From NCBI GenBank assembly GCA_963845185.1, contig CAWJRG010000009.1, forward strand, positions 673,782 to 737,781: a stretch of 64,000 nt of DNA, in the 5' to 3' direction. Shown piece by piece: positions 6,828 to 17,385 of this stretch (the first letter of the stretch is position 1; every line of letters starts with the position of its first letter). The notes under the pieces are model-generated. The model was given only the letters and a program-made list of their open reading frames with translations, was not told where the DNA came from and searched no databases. The translations under genes and the position numbers were made by a program. The stretch comes from an uncultured bacterium (GTDB lineage: Bacteria > Oederibacteriota > PGYV01 > CAWJRG01).

Positions 6828-9269
6828 ATGAAAAGATTTTTAAGTTTCGCGGTGGTTTTATTACTTTTATCTTCATCTGCTTTTGCGGCAGTCATCGAGG
6901 ACTGGAGCAGGGTGAACCCGGGCCAGGACATAGGGACATTCGCGGACACCCTGGGTTCTAAAATCAGTTTCGACATTGAAAACGGGCCGGGAGGAAACAA
7001 GGCCATCAGGCTGACATCAAAAATAGCCGCAAGCGGCTGGTGCGGTATCTGGCGCAGTATTGCGGCAGACCTTTCGAAGTCCGGTTCCTTGAAATTTAAG
7101 GCCAGGTCCAGCGCTGACGGGGAAGTGGAAATAGCGCTCAAGGACGCATACAACATGCAGTATGTTGCCATGTTCCAGGTTTCATCCAAGGACTGGACAG
7201 AAGTCACGGTTCCTTTTTCATCATTTAACAAGGACCCATATTACACGCCGCCGGACGCGGTACCCGGGCATACCATGGACCTCACAATGACCAAAAACAT
7301 GAATTTTCAGCCGGAAATTACCGGAGACTCAGTTGTGGAAATCGGGCCCATCGAGGCAGTTGGGAAAGCATCTGCAAACGCGGCACCCACGCCTGTAATA
7401 ATAGATTCTTCTTCAAACGGCAAAATAATCGAGGACTGGTTTACCAGCCCGTTCCAGATGATCGGGACTTTCGTGGACTCTATTGGCTCCAGGTGTGACG
7501 CTGTGCTTGAGACAGGGCCAGACGGCCAAAGAGCAGTCAAGTTGACCTCCAGCCTGGTACAGGGCGGGTGGTGCGGCATTGGACGCAATATTCCGGTTTC
7601 TGACCTTTCCAAAAATACCTGCTTCAAATTTAAAATCAAATCAAGCACAGCATGCAGCGTGCAGATGTCTTTGAAGGATTCATACAACGTGCAGTATGTC
7701 ACGGTGTTCCAGGTTTCTAGCGGGGACTGGACAGATGTCACGCTCCCATTTTCATCATTCCAAAAGGACCCATATTACACACCGCAGGGCGCGCGATTGG
7801 GGCACAGCATGGACCTGAAAATGGCCAAGGGCATTACTTTTATGCCAAGGGTGACAGGAGATTCTGTCCTGGAAATAGGGCAGGTTGAGGCGGCCGGGAC
7901 AGGAGGCGCTTTTTTTGACAAGGCAAAAGCCGGCGTCCAGATAAAGACGGTAAAGATAAGCCGGGACAACGGTGTCCCGATATCACCCTATGCTTTTGGC
8001 AGCTGTTACTTTGACTGGATAGACTGGAACAAAAACGGCCTTGTCGGGCTAAAAGGGACAGAAGAGCCGGTCAGGGCGCTGAAACTCAACGTGATTGTAG
8101 GCGCGGACAACCAAAACGACGCGAACAGCCCTGAGCTTTTCGACAACAGCCAGGAGGATAAGTTTATAGAATATTGCCGCGCAACAGGCGCAGAGCCTAT
8201 CATGATAGTGCCTGTTTACGGAAACAACAAGGACGGAGGCAGGACCTCGGCGCAGGGAGCGGCGGACATTGTCACCTATATCAACGGCACCAAAAAGTAC
8301 GGGGTCAAGTACTGGAGCATAGGCGACGAGGTGGATATATATGATGTATACTTTCAAAGGAAAACAGGCCTGCCTGTTACAACCGTGTCCGAATATGCAA
8401 ACATCTATAATTCCTACGCAAAGGCAATGCTGGACGCCAATGAAAAGGCGCACAGCGGGGTTGAGCTTAAATTCGTAGGGCCTGAGCTCGGCGCAAAGTA
8501 CAACGAAGGCGATGACTGGCTGAGCCCCATGCTCGATGAGTGCAGGGACTATATCGACATAGTGAGCATACATCAGTATGGTTTTTCCGCGCGGGAGCTC
8601 ACAGAAGCCGGAGTGCTAAATGATATAAACGGGTTTCCGGAATTTGTCCAGGGAGTGAAGGCGCGCATAGCCAAGCACGGAAAGCCGGGCACGCAGCTGG
8701 CAATCACAGAGGCAAACGCCTGCTATGACGCTAATACCAATTTATACACGCCGGAAACACGCAAGGTAGGGCCCGGGACATTCTACGCAGCTATCTGGGA
8801 CGCGGAGCGGATGGGCGCCGCGCTCGAGGCAGGGCTCTGGAACTTCTCGTTCTGGGAACTTGCCGAGCCTGTACAGAGCGCAAACTTCACTGTCTTCGGG
8901 TTTGTGCTGACTAACCCTTCGAAAAACCCGGTGACATATAAACTTACGCCGGAATATTATGTCCAGCAAATGGTGGACACGAACTTCAGCGGGACATCGG
9001 TAAAGCCGTCTGAGGCGCCTGAGGGCATGTCTGTGTATGCCTGCTATGACGAAAAAAAGGCAGCCACAGCCATCCTGGTCGTCAACAAGGATACAGTGAA
9101 GAGGGTACTGACGCTTGCAGTAGACAGCCTCAAGCCCAGGAAAATCACTTTTTCGCCCATGTCCATCAATATCGTCACAATACCGGACGATACTTCGGCA
9201 GGATACCATATGATTGAGTACACCATGCAGATGGCGGACGCAGGGATAGGGCCGAAGAATATTCAATAA
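6828..9269 (+). CDS. Secreted multidomain glycoside hydrolase. Two tandem CBM-like N-terminal domains precede a TIM-barrel catalytic domain of uncertain family.
   Basis: Signal peptide present. GGWCGI occurs twice. The C-terminal region reads WSIGDEVD and ITEANACYD. 813 aa. Confidence 0.55.
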   Translation: MKRFLSFAVVLLLLSSSAFAAVIEDWSRVNPGQDIGTFADTLGSKISFDIENGPGGNKAIRLTSKIAASGWCGIWRSIAADLSKSGSLKFKARSSADGEVEIALKDAYNMQYVAMFQVSSKDWTEVTVPFSSFNKDPYYTPPDAVPGHTMDLTMTKNMNFQPEITGDSVVEIGPIEAVGKASANAAPTPVIIDSSSNGKIIEDWFTSPFQMIGTFVDSIGSRCDAVLETGPDGQRAVKLTSSLVQGGWCGIGRNIPVSDLSKNTCFKFKIKSSTACSVQMSLKDSYNVQYVTVFQVSSGDWTDVTLPFSSFQKDPYYTPQGARLGHSMDLKMAKGITFMPRVTGDSVLEIGQVEAAGTGGAFFDKAKAGVQIKTVKISRDNGVPISPYAFGSCYFDWIDWNKNGLVGLKGTEEPVRALKLNVIVGADNQNDANSPELFDNSQEDKFIEYCRATGAEPIMIVPVYGNNKDGGRTSAQGAADIVTYINGTKKYGVKYWSIGDEVDIYDVYFQRKTGLPVTTVSEYANIYNSYAKAMLDANEKAHSGVELKFVGPELGAKYNEGDDWLSPMLDECRDYIDIVSIHQYGFSARELTEAGVLNDINGFPEFVQGVKARIAKHGKPGTQLAITEANACYDANTNLYTPETRKVGPGTFYAAIWDAERMGAALEAGLWNFSFWELAEPVQSANFTVFGFVLTNPSKNPVTYKLTPEYYVQQMVDTNFSGTSVKPSEAPEGMSVYACYDEKKAATAILVVNKDTVKRVLTLAVDSLKPRKITFSPMSINIVTIPDDTSAGYHMIEYTMQMADAGIGPKNIQ

Positions 9270-9342
9270 AGCTGCCCGCCAAATAGTTCATTGGACTATC
9301 TGACCATGGCCAAACCTTAAGCAAAAACTCCTGAAAAAAACC

Positions 9343-9371
9343 TTGACAAACCGTGTTTTTAACTGTATATT
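9343..9371 (+). promoter_or_regulatory. Sigma70-like promoter (TTGACA, 17 bp spacer, TATATT) for the abiE-like operon.
   Basis: Exact consensus -35 with 17-nt spacing, located 37 nt upstream of the 9408 start. Confidence 0.5.
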
Positions 9372-9407
9372 ACTGTTGTAAGTAAGTTAACAGAAAGGAT
9401 AACTTTT

Positions 9408-10070
9408 ATGGAACAGCAAATAATACAGAAAATCGCGGGAAAAAGGGGCATAAGCCCGGACGCGGTTGTCAGGGAGTACTACGAATACCTGCTCCTGCGT
9501 GAGCTTTATGAGAGCCCCGTCGGCGACGGCCTGGTTTTCAAGGGAGGCACCGCGCTGCGCGTTTTTTACGGCCTGCCCAGGTACTCCGACGACCTTGATT
9601 TTGAAATGACGAAAAAATTCGGGTTTGCAGCTTTTTCCGGCGCAATAAAGGCCGCGGCAGGCAAATTTGAAAACATGAAAATAACCGACCTGTGGGGAAA
9701 AAATTACACATACATATGCGAGATAAAGGCTACCGAGACATGGCTTAAAATGCCTTTCTCAATCAAAATAGAGGTCTCCAAGCGGCCTGCGGCAAAGGGA
9801 CGGGAATCCGAGCTCAAAATGGCTGCGTCCGGGGATTTCGGCATACAGGCGTTCGGCAGGGTTTTGACCCTCGACTCGCTTTATGAGGACAAAAAAGCAG
9901 CCATAGCGGGCAGGGATGAGCCAAAGGATTATTTTGACATGTGGTACATCTGTCAGGTGAAAAAGGTGCCTTTTACGCCGGGTAAAAAGCCGGATAAAAA
10001 AAGGTACAGGCAGGTGCTGGGAAAATACCTGCCCAGGCAGTACCTGAAAGTGCTGGATGAGATACTGTGA
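9408..10070 (+). CDS. AbiEii-family nucleotidyltransferase toxin (DUF1814-like).
   Basis: Motif FKGGTALRVFYGLPRYSDDLDFE. Confidence 0.7.
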   Translation: MEQQIIQKIAGKRGISPDAVVREYYEYLLLRELYESPVGDGLVFKGGTALRVFYGLPRYSDDLDFEMTKKFGFAAFSGAIKAAAGKFENMKITDLWGKNYTYICEIKATETWLKMPFSIKIEVSKRPAAKGRESELKMAASGDFGIQAFGRVLTLDSLYEDKKAAIAGRDEPKDYFDMWYICQVKKVPFTPGKKPDKKRYRQVLGKYLPRQYLKVLDEIL

Positions 10071-10660
10071 ATACAATAACACTTTTGAAAAAACTCGGGG
10101 ACATAGGCAAGGGGTATTACACGCCGGCCGATATAGGCAAGATAACAGGGCTGTCAGGCGGCGCGCTCAAGGTCAGGCTGAACAGGCTGATAAAATCCGG
10201 CATAATAGAGCGGCTTAGCCGCGGAATGTACGGCGTGCCGGGAATGAAGACAGACACAGAGCGCGCGGCAAACGATGCGGTGTACCCGTCATACATATCT
10301 TTTGGCTCGGCGCTGTCAAAGTACGGCGTGATAAGCGAAGTGCCGTACGTACTGGAGTTTGCCACCACAAAAGGGACGAGGAAGAAACAAATAGGGGGCA
10401 TGGACGTCCTGTACAGGAAACTGCAGAAGAAACTTTTTTTCGGTTATACCATGTCAAACGGCGTGATGATAGCTGAGCCGGAAAAGGCAGTGCTGGACAT
10501 GGTATACCTGAAAGCCGCGGGAAAATACGCCGGAAATGAGGCGGAAAAGCTTGACCTTAGAAAGCTGGACATGAAGAAACTTAAAAAGTACGCGATGAGA
10601 TTCCCAGCAAAGGCCAGGGCAGCCCTTGAGGCTGTGACTGGCTTGCGGATAAAAAGATAA
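10067..10660 (+). CDS. AbiEi-like antitoxin or transcriptional regulator with a winged HTH.
   Basis: N-terminal region reads ITGLSGGALKVRLNRLIKSGIIERLSRGMYGV. The GTG start overlaps the upstream stop as GTGA. Confidence 0.55.
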   Translation: MNTITLLKKLGDIGKGYYTPADIGKITGLSGGALKVRLNRLIKSGIIERLSRGMYGVPGMKTDTERAANDAVYPSYISFGSALSKYGVISEVPYVLEFATTKGTRKKQIGGMDVLYRKLQKKLFFGYTMSNGVMIAEPEKAVLDMVYLKAAGKYAGNEAEKLDLRKLDMKKLKKYAMRFPAKARAALEAVTGLRIKR

Positions 10661-10713
10661 ATAATATTAATGGGATCTGGGATTTTAAATGGGCCAAATA
10701 CCAAATGCCAAAC

Positions 10714-10886
10714 CGGAACTAACGCTTGTCCGGATAGAACTCGGACTTGAACGGGGTTAATAAATTCTCAATTAAAAATTGTCAATGTTAAATTAAGGTA
10801 TTTAATTGATAACTGCGAATTGATAATTGAAAATTAACGGAAGTTGACGGCTTGGTAAAACAAACGATCTTAAGGGAGACTTCATC
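10714..10886 (+). repeat. Leader-element copy G. Hairpin 1 spans 10714-10760. An unrelated AT-rich insert separates it from the hairpin-2 3' part, which runs 10840-10886 and ends in the SD-ATG.
   Basis: Reads ctaacgcttgtccggatagaactcggacttgaacgggg ... gttgacggcttggtaaaacaaacgatcttaagggagac. Confidence 0.6.
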
Positions 10887-11414
10887 ATGAAAAACGGATT
10901 CTGGTACACTTACAACGACGCTGACCCCGGGGGCTCTTCCTCGGTTCTGCCTTCGCCGGGCAGACCATTTACAATGACGAGGCCCGGCCACGGCCCCGGC
11001 AACGAATGCGCCTGCCTGAAAGGAAAAGTAACGACCCGGTACCCGCACGGTTTTATCGGCATGGGATACTATTTAAGCCCTGCGGATGTCAAAAAGCCTT
11101 TTGACCTCAGTGATAAATCCGGCATCAGGTTCTGGCACAGGGGCGATGGCAGGAAATACAGGGTAAAACTCACGTCCGTACACCCGGATTTTAGCGGCAG
11201 GGACGGGGACAACCACTTCGGCTATGACTTCCAGGCGGATAAAGATTGGGCACAGATTGAGATAAGCTTTTCGGACATTTCACAGCAGCCAGGGTGGGGG
11301 AGCAAAGTGGATGTAAAGAACGCGTTGTCGATGATAAAGGAAATACAGTTCTGCACCCTGGGGCAACCGCATGACTCTGTTGAATTGTGCATAGACAGCC
11401 TGGAGGTGTTTTAG
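10887..11414 (+). CDS. CIA30/CBM11-like carbohydrate-binding domain protein.
   Basis: 175 aa with no signal peptide. Similar to the N-terminal domains of the glycoside-hydrolase paralogs. Confidence 0.4.
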   Translation: MKNGFWYTYNDADPGGSSSVLPSPGRPFTMTRPGHGPGNECACLKGKVTTRYPHGFIGMGYYLSPADVKKPFDLSDKSGIRFWHRGDGRKYRVKLTSVHPDFSGRDGDNHFGYDFQADKDWAQIEISFSDISQQPGWGSKVDVKNALSMIKEIQFCTLGQPHDSVELCIDSLEVF

Positions 11415-11537
11415 TGATGGAAATACCGGCCTTAAAATTAAAGACTAAAGCAATAGCTTAACAAAATCAGCAATCATAATATTTATAAAACATAAGCTGG
11501 AATCGTTATATAATTACATTCAACAACCCGGAGGTAA

Positions 11538-12539
<1,002 letters not shown>

Positions 12540-12620
12540 ATTCCGTTCCGGTTCCGGGGATTTGTAAAAAATTACTTGATTTTAGTAATATTTTACGATA
12601 TAATTTAGTTAAGAAAATAA

Positions 12621-12833
12621 TGAACTACCGCTTGTCCGGGTAGAACCCGGACTTGAGCGGGTACATGATTCCGTAATACTTTACCAGCGCCTGTTGACGG
12701 CTTGGTAAAGTAAACGAAATTATAAGTACCTCTTGTCCCTCATAAACTCGGGACTTGAACGGGTACTTGATCTCGTAATGTTTTATCATCGCTTTCAGCT
12801 TGATAAAACAAACGATCTCAAGGAGGTGTTCAT
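12621..12833 (+). repeat. Two tandem leader-element copies (H1 12621-12724, H2 12725-12833) ending in the SD-ATG of an RHH antitoxin gene.
   Basis: H1 arms tactttacc/ggtaaagta and H2 arms gatctcgtaatgttttatca/tgataaaacaaacgatc are compensatory. The H2 terminal loop differs from the others (tcgctttcagct). Confidence 0.8.
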
Positions 12834-13070
12834 ATGAGCACGATAACTTTAACTTTAAAGATCGACAAGGCTAAGAAAAAGGCTGTTTATGATTTTTGCC
12901 ACGAGCAGGGGCTGATGGTGAACAAGTTTTTTGAAAAAGCCGCTGAAAACGAGATAGAAAGGCATCTTTTAAACGAAAGCACGAATGTATTCGCCAATTA
13001 TGAAAAACGCAAAAAAACTGCTGTTGATTTCGACCGGGTTGTGAAACTAATAAAAGCAAAGAAAAAATAG
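12834..13070 (+). CDS. RHH antitoxin, paralog of the gene at 2168.
   Basis: Reads MSTITLTLKIDKAKKKAVYDFCHEQGLMVNKFFEKAAENEIE. Confidence 0.6.
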   Translation: MSTITLTLKIDKAKKKAVYDFCHEQGLMVNKFFEKAAENEIERHLLNESTNVFANYEKRKKTAVDFDRVVKLIKAKKK

Positions 13071-13073
13071 CGT

Positions 13074-13373
13074 ATGCGCATAGTACTTATGATGCTTGAG
13101 TTTTTGAAAAAATTCCTGTTATTATCCGGCAGGGAACAAAAAATAATAACCCATATCAGGGCTGACATAGGCCGTAAGCGGGAATTTAACAGGAACGAGG
13201 GGTTTGTCAGGATGCAGCCCGGAAACCTGAAAAGCGCGCAGGGATTTGTATATGAGCCTTCGCTTGATATCAGGCTGAAGAAACTCAGGCTTACCGGCCC
13301 GTATTTCAGAATATGGTTTACAGCCGAAAAAAACGGGGATGTTTATTTTGTTGATTTTGAAAAACTTGATTAA
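13074..13373 (+). CDS. RelE/ParE-superfamily toxin. The true start may be the ATG at 13092.
   Basis: About 95 aa. The C-terminus reads YFRIWFTAEKNGDVYFVDFEK. It sits 3 nt after the antitoxin stop. Confidence 0.5.
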   Translation: MRIVLMMLEFLKKFLLLSGREQKIITHIRADIGRKREFNRNEGFVRMQPGNLKSAQGFVYEPSLDIRLKKLRLTGPYFRIWFTAEKNGDVYFVDFEKLD

Positions 13374-13383
13374 AATAATTAAC

Positions 13384-13497
13384 AATACCGCTTGTCAGGA
13401 TAAAACCCTGACTGGAACAGGTACATGATTTCGTAATACTTTGCCAGCGCCTGTCGACGGCTTGGCAAAGTAAACGAAATCAAGGGAGGTTTATACT
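13384..13497 (+). repeat. Leader-element copy I, a near-perfect hairpin 2. It ends AAGGGAGGtttatactATG.
   Basis: Arms gatttcgtaatactttgcc / ggcaaagtaaacgaaatc pair fully except for the internal loop. Confidence 0.8.
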
Positions 13498-14187
13498 ATG
13501 AAACGATTTGTAGTTGTGGCAGTGTTTGTTCTCGCTGTTTTTTGCCTTTCGTATCCTGCTTTTACGGACGACGCGGGGGAATATCTCGATAAAGGCATGG
13601 ATAAGTTCAAAAAAGGCAACTACCCGGTTGCGATCGACGATTACGGCAAGGCAATATTCCTTAAACCCGGGTATGCAAAGGCTTATTGCGAACGCGGAAA
13701 TGCCGAATATGAACTGGGGGACTTTGCGGCAGCGGTTAAGGATTTCAGCAGGGCAATAGAATTTGACCGGAAGTACGCGGAAGCCTATTACAGTCGCGGT
13801 GGAGCCAAAGATGAACTATGCAACCATAAAGGCGCGATCAAGGATTTCAACAGGGCAATAAGGCTGAACCCGAAATACGCGGCCGCTTACTGCGACCGGG
13901 GAAACGCCAAAGACGAGCTGGACGACTGCAGGGGCGCTTTGAAAGATTTAAACAGGGCAATAAAGCTTGCGCCCTGGTTTGCGGCTGCTTACTTCACTAG
14001 GGCAAGCGTTAAACAGGAATTAGGCTATTACAGGAGCGCATCCAATGATTACCACAGGGCTTTTCAGCTTGACCCGAGAATCAAGCGGGATATTGACAGG
14101 CACAGGCTCGCGAAATGGCTCAGGAATCCCGGGCGCAAAATGGCGGATAATAAGAAGCTGCCGCCCCCGGTAAAAATAACGAAATAG
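13498..14187 (+). CDS. Secreted TPR-repeat protein.
   Basis: Signal peptide followed by repeated AxAYxxRGNAKxELGD units. Confidence 0.7.
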   Translation: MKRFVVVAVFVLAVFCLSYPAFTDDAGEYLDKGMDKFKKGNYPVAIDDYGKAIFLKPGYAKAYCERGNAEYELGDFAAAVKDFSRAIEFDRKYAEAYYSRGGAKDELCNHKGAIKDFNRAIRLNPKYAAAYCDRGNAKDELDDCRGALKDLNRAIKLAPWFAAAYFTRASVKQELGYYRSASNDYHRAFQLDPRIKRDIDRHRLAKWLRNPGRKMADNKKLPPPVKITK

Positions 14188-14324
14188 ACCGGCGGAGTTT
14201 TCAACTGCCATTGTAAATTTTCAATGAAAAACAATTTGGGATTTCCGCCTTCGTTTTATCTATGGCGGGCGGGCTCAATTTTTAATAAAAAATTATAATT
14301 AAAAACGCGGTTAGGATAATAAGC

Positions 14325-15845
14325 ATGGCTGATATTCACCCTGAGAAAAAAATAATAGAGGCGGATTTCCTGCGTTCATGGCGGCCGTATCTCTGGATAG
14401 CGCTGGCGGGTTTTTTGCTCTATGCGCAAACCCTGGGTTTCGGCCTGACCTATTTTGACGACGATATTTTTGTGCTGAAAAACCAGGCTTTTAACAGCGA
14501 TATAGCCAATATATTTGAGGCATTCAAAACAAGCGCTTTTGTCAACCATCCAAACGAATATTACAGGCCGCTGCTTAATGTTTCCTTCATTTTAAACGGC
14601 GTGCTTGGGGCGTCCGGCCCAATAGGCTGCCACTTTTTTAACATACTCTTCCTTATACTTGCCGCATGCCTGTTTTTCCGGCTGCTGCTGGCCCTGGGAT
14701 ATTCCAGGGGCCTGTCGTTTTTCTGCGGCCTGGTTTTTGCCGTGCATCCGGCCGTGGCCCAGGCAGTGGCATGGATACCGGGAAGAAACGACTCATTGCT
14801 GGCAATATTCGTGTTCGGCTCAATGATAAAGTTCATACGCTTCCGGGCCTCGCAGAAATGGCAGGACGCGTTCTGGCATCTTTTGTTATTCGCAGCCGCT
14901 TTATTCACCAAGGAATCAGGCGCGGTTTTGATGCTTGTGTGCGCTGCATATGCGCTGCTCTCTAAAGGGAAAAAATCGTGGCGAAAGCCGGCTGCCATCG
15001 GGCTGGGCTGGTTTTTTATACTTGTGTTATGGCTCGCGCTCAGATCGCAGGCCATTGGAAAAGACTACAGGGTAACAATAAGCGGCATGGCATCGAGCAT
15101 TTACGCCAATATGGGAGCCCTGGTCCAGTATTTGGGGAAAATGCTGTTCCCGGTCAACCTCTCTGTTTTTCCAATAAGGGAAGATACGACATATATCTTT
15201 GGGGCGCTGGCTTTGCTCCTGACAGGAGGATTAATCCTGTTTTCCAAAAACAAAAGGTCGGGCCCCATGGTTTTCGGCGCGGTTTTTTCCGCTGCTTTCC
15301 TGGTGCCGGGGCTCATAGTCTCAAAGCTGTCCATGGCTTCGCCGCTCATGGAGCAGAGGCTGCTTCTGCCGCTGGCTGGAATTATGATTGTTTTTCTGGA
15401 AACGGACATTGCCGGGCGCTTTGACCTGAACAGGCAGTCAGGGCGTTTCTGGCCGGTAATATTGATAGCAATATTTTCAGTGCTTGCTTTTATTCATACA
15501 GGAAATTTTAAGGACAACATCAGCTTCTGGCAGGATGCGGTGCGCACATCGCCCCATTCTCCTCTTGCACACGGGATGATGGGCGAAATATACCGCAATA
15601 AGGGGCTGCTTCCTGAAGCTGAAGCGGAATACAGAAAGAGCCTGGAGCTAAACCCGGACAACAACATCATGCCTCTTGTTGACCTTGGGATCCTGTGCAT
15701 GCAGGAAAACCGGCTTGAGGAATCGGAAAAGTTTTTTGACAAAGCCCTGACAATGAATTTTAAAAACGGGCAGGTAAGGGAATTCGTCCAGAAAAACCTG
15801 GACGAGGTCAGAGCCAGGATAAGCAGTAACAGCGGGAAAAAGTGA
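14325..15845 (+). CDS. Polytopic membrane protein with C-terminal TPR repeats. Possibly a PMT/ArnT-like glycosyltransferase-C fold.
   Basis: About 11 predicted hydrophobic helices followed by a TPR tail. Confidence 0.4.
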   Translation: MADIHPEKKIIEADFLRSWRPYLWIALAGFLLYAQTLGFGLTYFDDDIFVLKNQAFNSDIANIFEAFKTSAFVNHPNEYYRPLLNVSFILNGVLGASGPIGCHFFNILFLILAACLFFRLLLALGYSRGLSFFCGLVFAVHPAVAQAVAWIPGRNDSLLAIFVFGSMIKFIRFRASQKWQDAFWHLLLFAAALFTKESGAVLMLVCAAYALLSKGKKSWRKPAAIGLGWFFILVLWLALRSQAIGKDYRVTISGMASSIYANMGALVQYLGKMLFPVNLSVFPIREDTTYIFGALALLLTGGLILFSKNKRSGPMVFGAVFSAAFLVPGLIVSKLSMASPLMEQRLLLPLAGIMIVFLETDIAGRFDLNRQSGRFWPVILIAIFSVLAFIHTGNFKDNISFWQDAVRTSPHSPLAHGMMGEIYRNKGLLPEAEAEYRKSLELNPDNNIMPLVDLGILCMQENRLEESEKFFDKALTMNFKNGQVREFVQKNLDEVRARISSNSGKK

Positions 15846-16209
15846 CCTGATTGCCGATAAATAAAAAGCTAGGCAAAACAATTGATAAGGGGAATAATAA
15901 CAAACTTAAAGAGCAATAAAAACAGTATGAAAGCAAACTATTCACTAACGTTTAAGTTTATGGCCATGCACCGGAATTCAACAAGCCGTTCATCCGCTTT
16001 TATTCACCGTGTTTGCCCACCCGATAAAAGTCAATTATAAGGGGATGCAAAGGATTCCCAAACCAACAAATAAAAATTATCATAAATCAATGATATATGG
16101 CAATAGACCGCAGTGCAGCAGGTAAACTAAAAAAATATGACGGCTTGATATTGAAAATGGCCGGCTTGTCCTTGTAAAAGATAAATAGACTGATTAAAAG
16201 GAGGCTGAA

Positions 16210-16446
16210 ATGCAAAAGAGCAGGGCAATTTTAGGAGCAGGAGTATTAGGAGCACTTGCAGGCGCGGTGATAGCCGAGTTTTTCCCCAGGATGTTCCAGT
16301 CGGGAATTGCAGGCGCTGTTGGGAACGCTTTAAACGACACGTTCTCGCAGTACAGGAATGATCTCGCGTTAAAATACGGATTAACAGGGCTGGTTATCGG
16401 GCTTGTAGTGGGCATAGTAATAGTTGCGGTGTCAGGCAAAAAGTAA
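16210..16446 (+). CDS. Small Gly-rich (glycine-zipper) membrane protein.
   Basis: 78 aa, with an RBS reading AAAGGAGG. Confidence 0.4.
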   Translation: MQKSRAILGAGVLGALAGAVIAEFFPRMFQSGIAGAVGNALNDTFSQYRNDLALKYGLTGLVIGLVVGIVIVAVSGKK

Positions 16447-16488
16447 AAAGCAGGAACAGGAAACATAAAAATACCAAAGGAGGAAGTT

Positions 16489-16794
16489 ATGAACAAGAAG
16501 ATTATGAAATTTTTTCAGGGTTTGCTTTTCGTTGTTTTGATTGCACAGCTTGCGGGCTGCGGGACATTACTGCATCCAAAACGCATAGGCCAGAAAGGCG
16601 GCGATCTTGATGCCACAGTAGTCATTTTAGACGGAGTGTGCCTGTTGTTTTTTGTAGTCCCGGGCATTGTTGCTTTTGCCGTTGATATTGTAAACGGCAC
16701 GATTTACCTGCCGGGCGGGCGCAGGTCTTCGCTGGACAATAACGGCTATAAGCAGGTAAAATTTGACCCGAGCAGCACCACCCCGGGGATATAG
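16489..16794 (+). CDS. Small lipoprotein.
   Basis: Signal peptide with an LAGC lipobox. Confidence 0.45.
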   Translation: MNKKIMKFFQGLLFVVLIAQLAGCGTLLHPKRIGQKGGDLDATVVILDGVCLLFFVVPGIVAFAVDIVNGTIYLPGGRRSSLDNNGYKQVKFDPSSTTPGI

Positions 16795-16960
16795 AAAGAA
16801 TAATCAAACAGGAAACAGGGTGCAGCATAAAACTAAACCAGCAGGGAATCAAGGTTTATTCGCTCAAATCCGCAAATGAAATGAAAATGTTCTTTGCGAT
16901 GCAGGATACAGGCGCGATTTTAAGCATGAAATAGAAGGAATACCACATTGGGAGGCAGAA

Positions 16961-17119
16961 ATGACAAATTTATTGTTGGTTGCAGGCCTGGTTCTTTTTT
17001 TGCTATGGCTGTTAGGCTTGATCACGGCCCATACTCTGGGCGGCGGCATACATGTTTTACTGGTTATTGCCGTTATTTCGGTTATTATCTGGTTACTTAT
17101 TGGCCGTAAAAATAAATAG
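16961..17119 (+). CDS. lmo0937-family small membrane protein, 52 aa. Absent from the ORF track because it is shorter than 60 aa.
   Basis: Reads MTNLLLVAGLVLFLLWLLGLITAHTLGGGIHVLLVIAVISVIIWLLIGRKNK. A GGAGG RBS sits 5 nt upstream. Confidence 0.55.
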   Translation: MTNLLLVAGLVLFLLWLLGLITAHTLGGGIHVLLVIAVISVIIWLLIGRKNK

Positions 17120-17149
17120 CCTTAAAGATTCGATATATTAATACAGCAC

Positions 17150-17240
17150 AGCTTCCGGGTAGTTTTCATAATATAATAACTTATGGAAACTACCCGTTAT
17201 TATTTGGCTCTTTGCTAAAGCTCCGGACTTAAGCAGGCAG
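17150..17240 (+). repeat. Degenerate leader-element or palindromic-insert copy J.
   Basis: Hairpin ccgggtagttttcataatataataacttatggaaactacccg followed by ccggacttaagcagg. Paralogous to the insert in copy F. Confidence 0.45.
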
Positions 17241-17385
17241 GTTTTATAAATTAGGAATTATCTGTTTTCAATTATTTATACATGCGGCAATTATTGACAA
17301 GGCTGGAAATAAAGGGTATAATTAAAATATAAAATTTAGGATTTGGCATCAGGATCCCGGATAGAAATGTCAAACGGAGGCGGAA

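Noticed and set aside
14561-15424. Internal alternative-frame ORFs (14666-14965, 14978-15424, 14561-15055 minus, 15101-15409 minus) within the TPR-membrane protein gene.
   Set aside because: They are nested in a long ORF with coherent transmembrane and TPR architecture. They have Gly/Arg/Ala-rich low-complexity translations typical of off-frame reading of GC-richer DNA.
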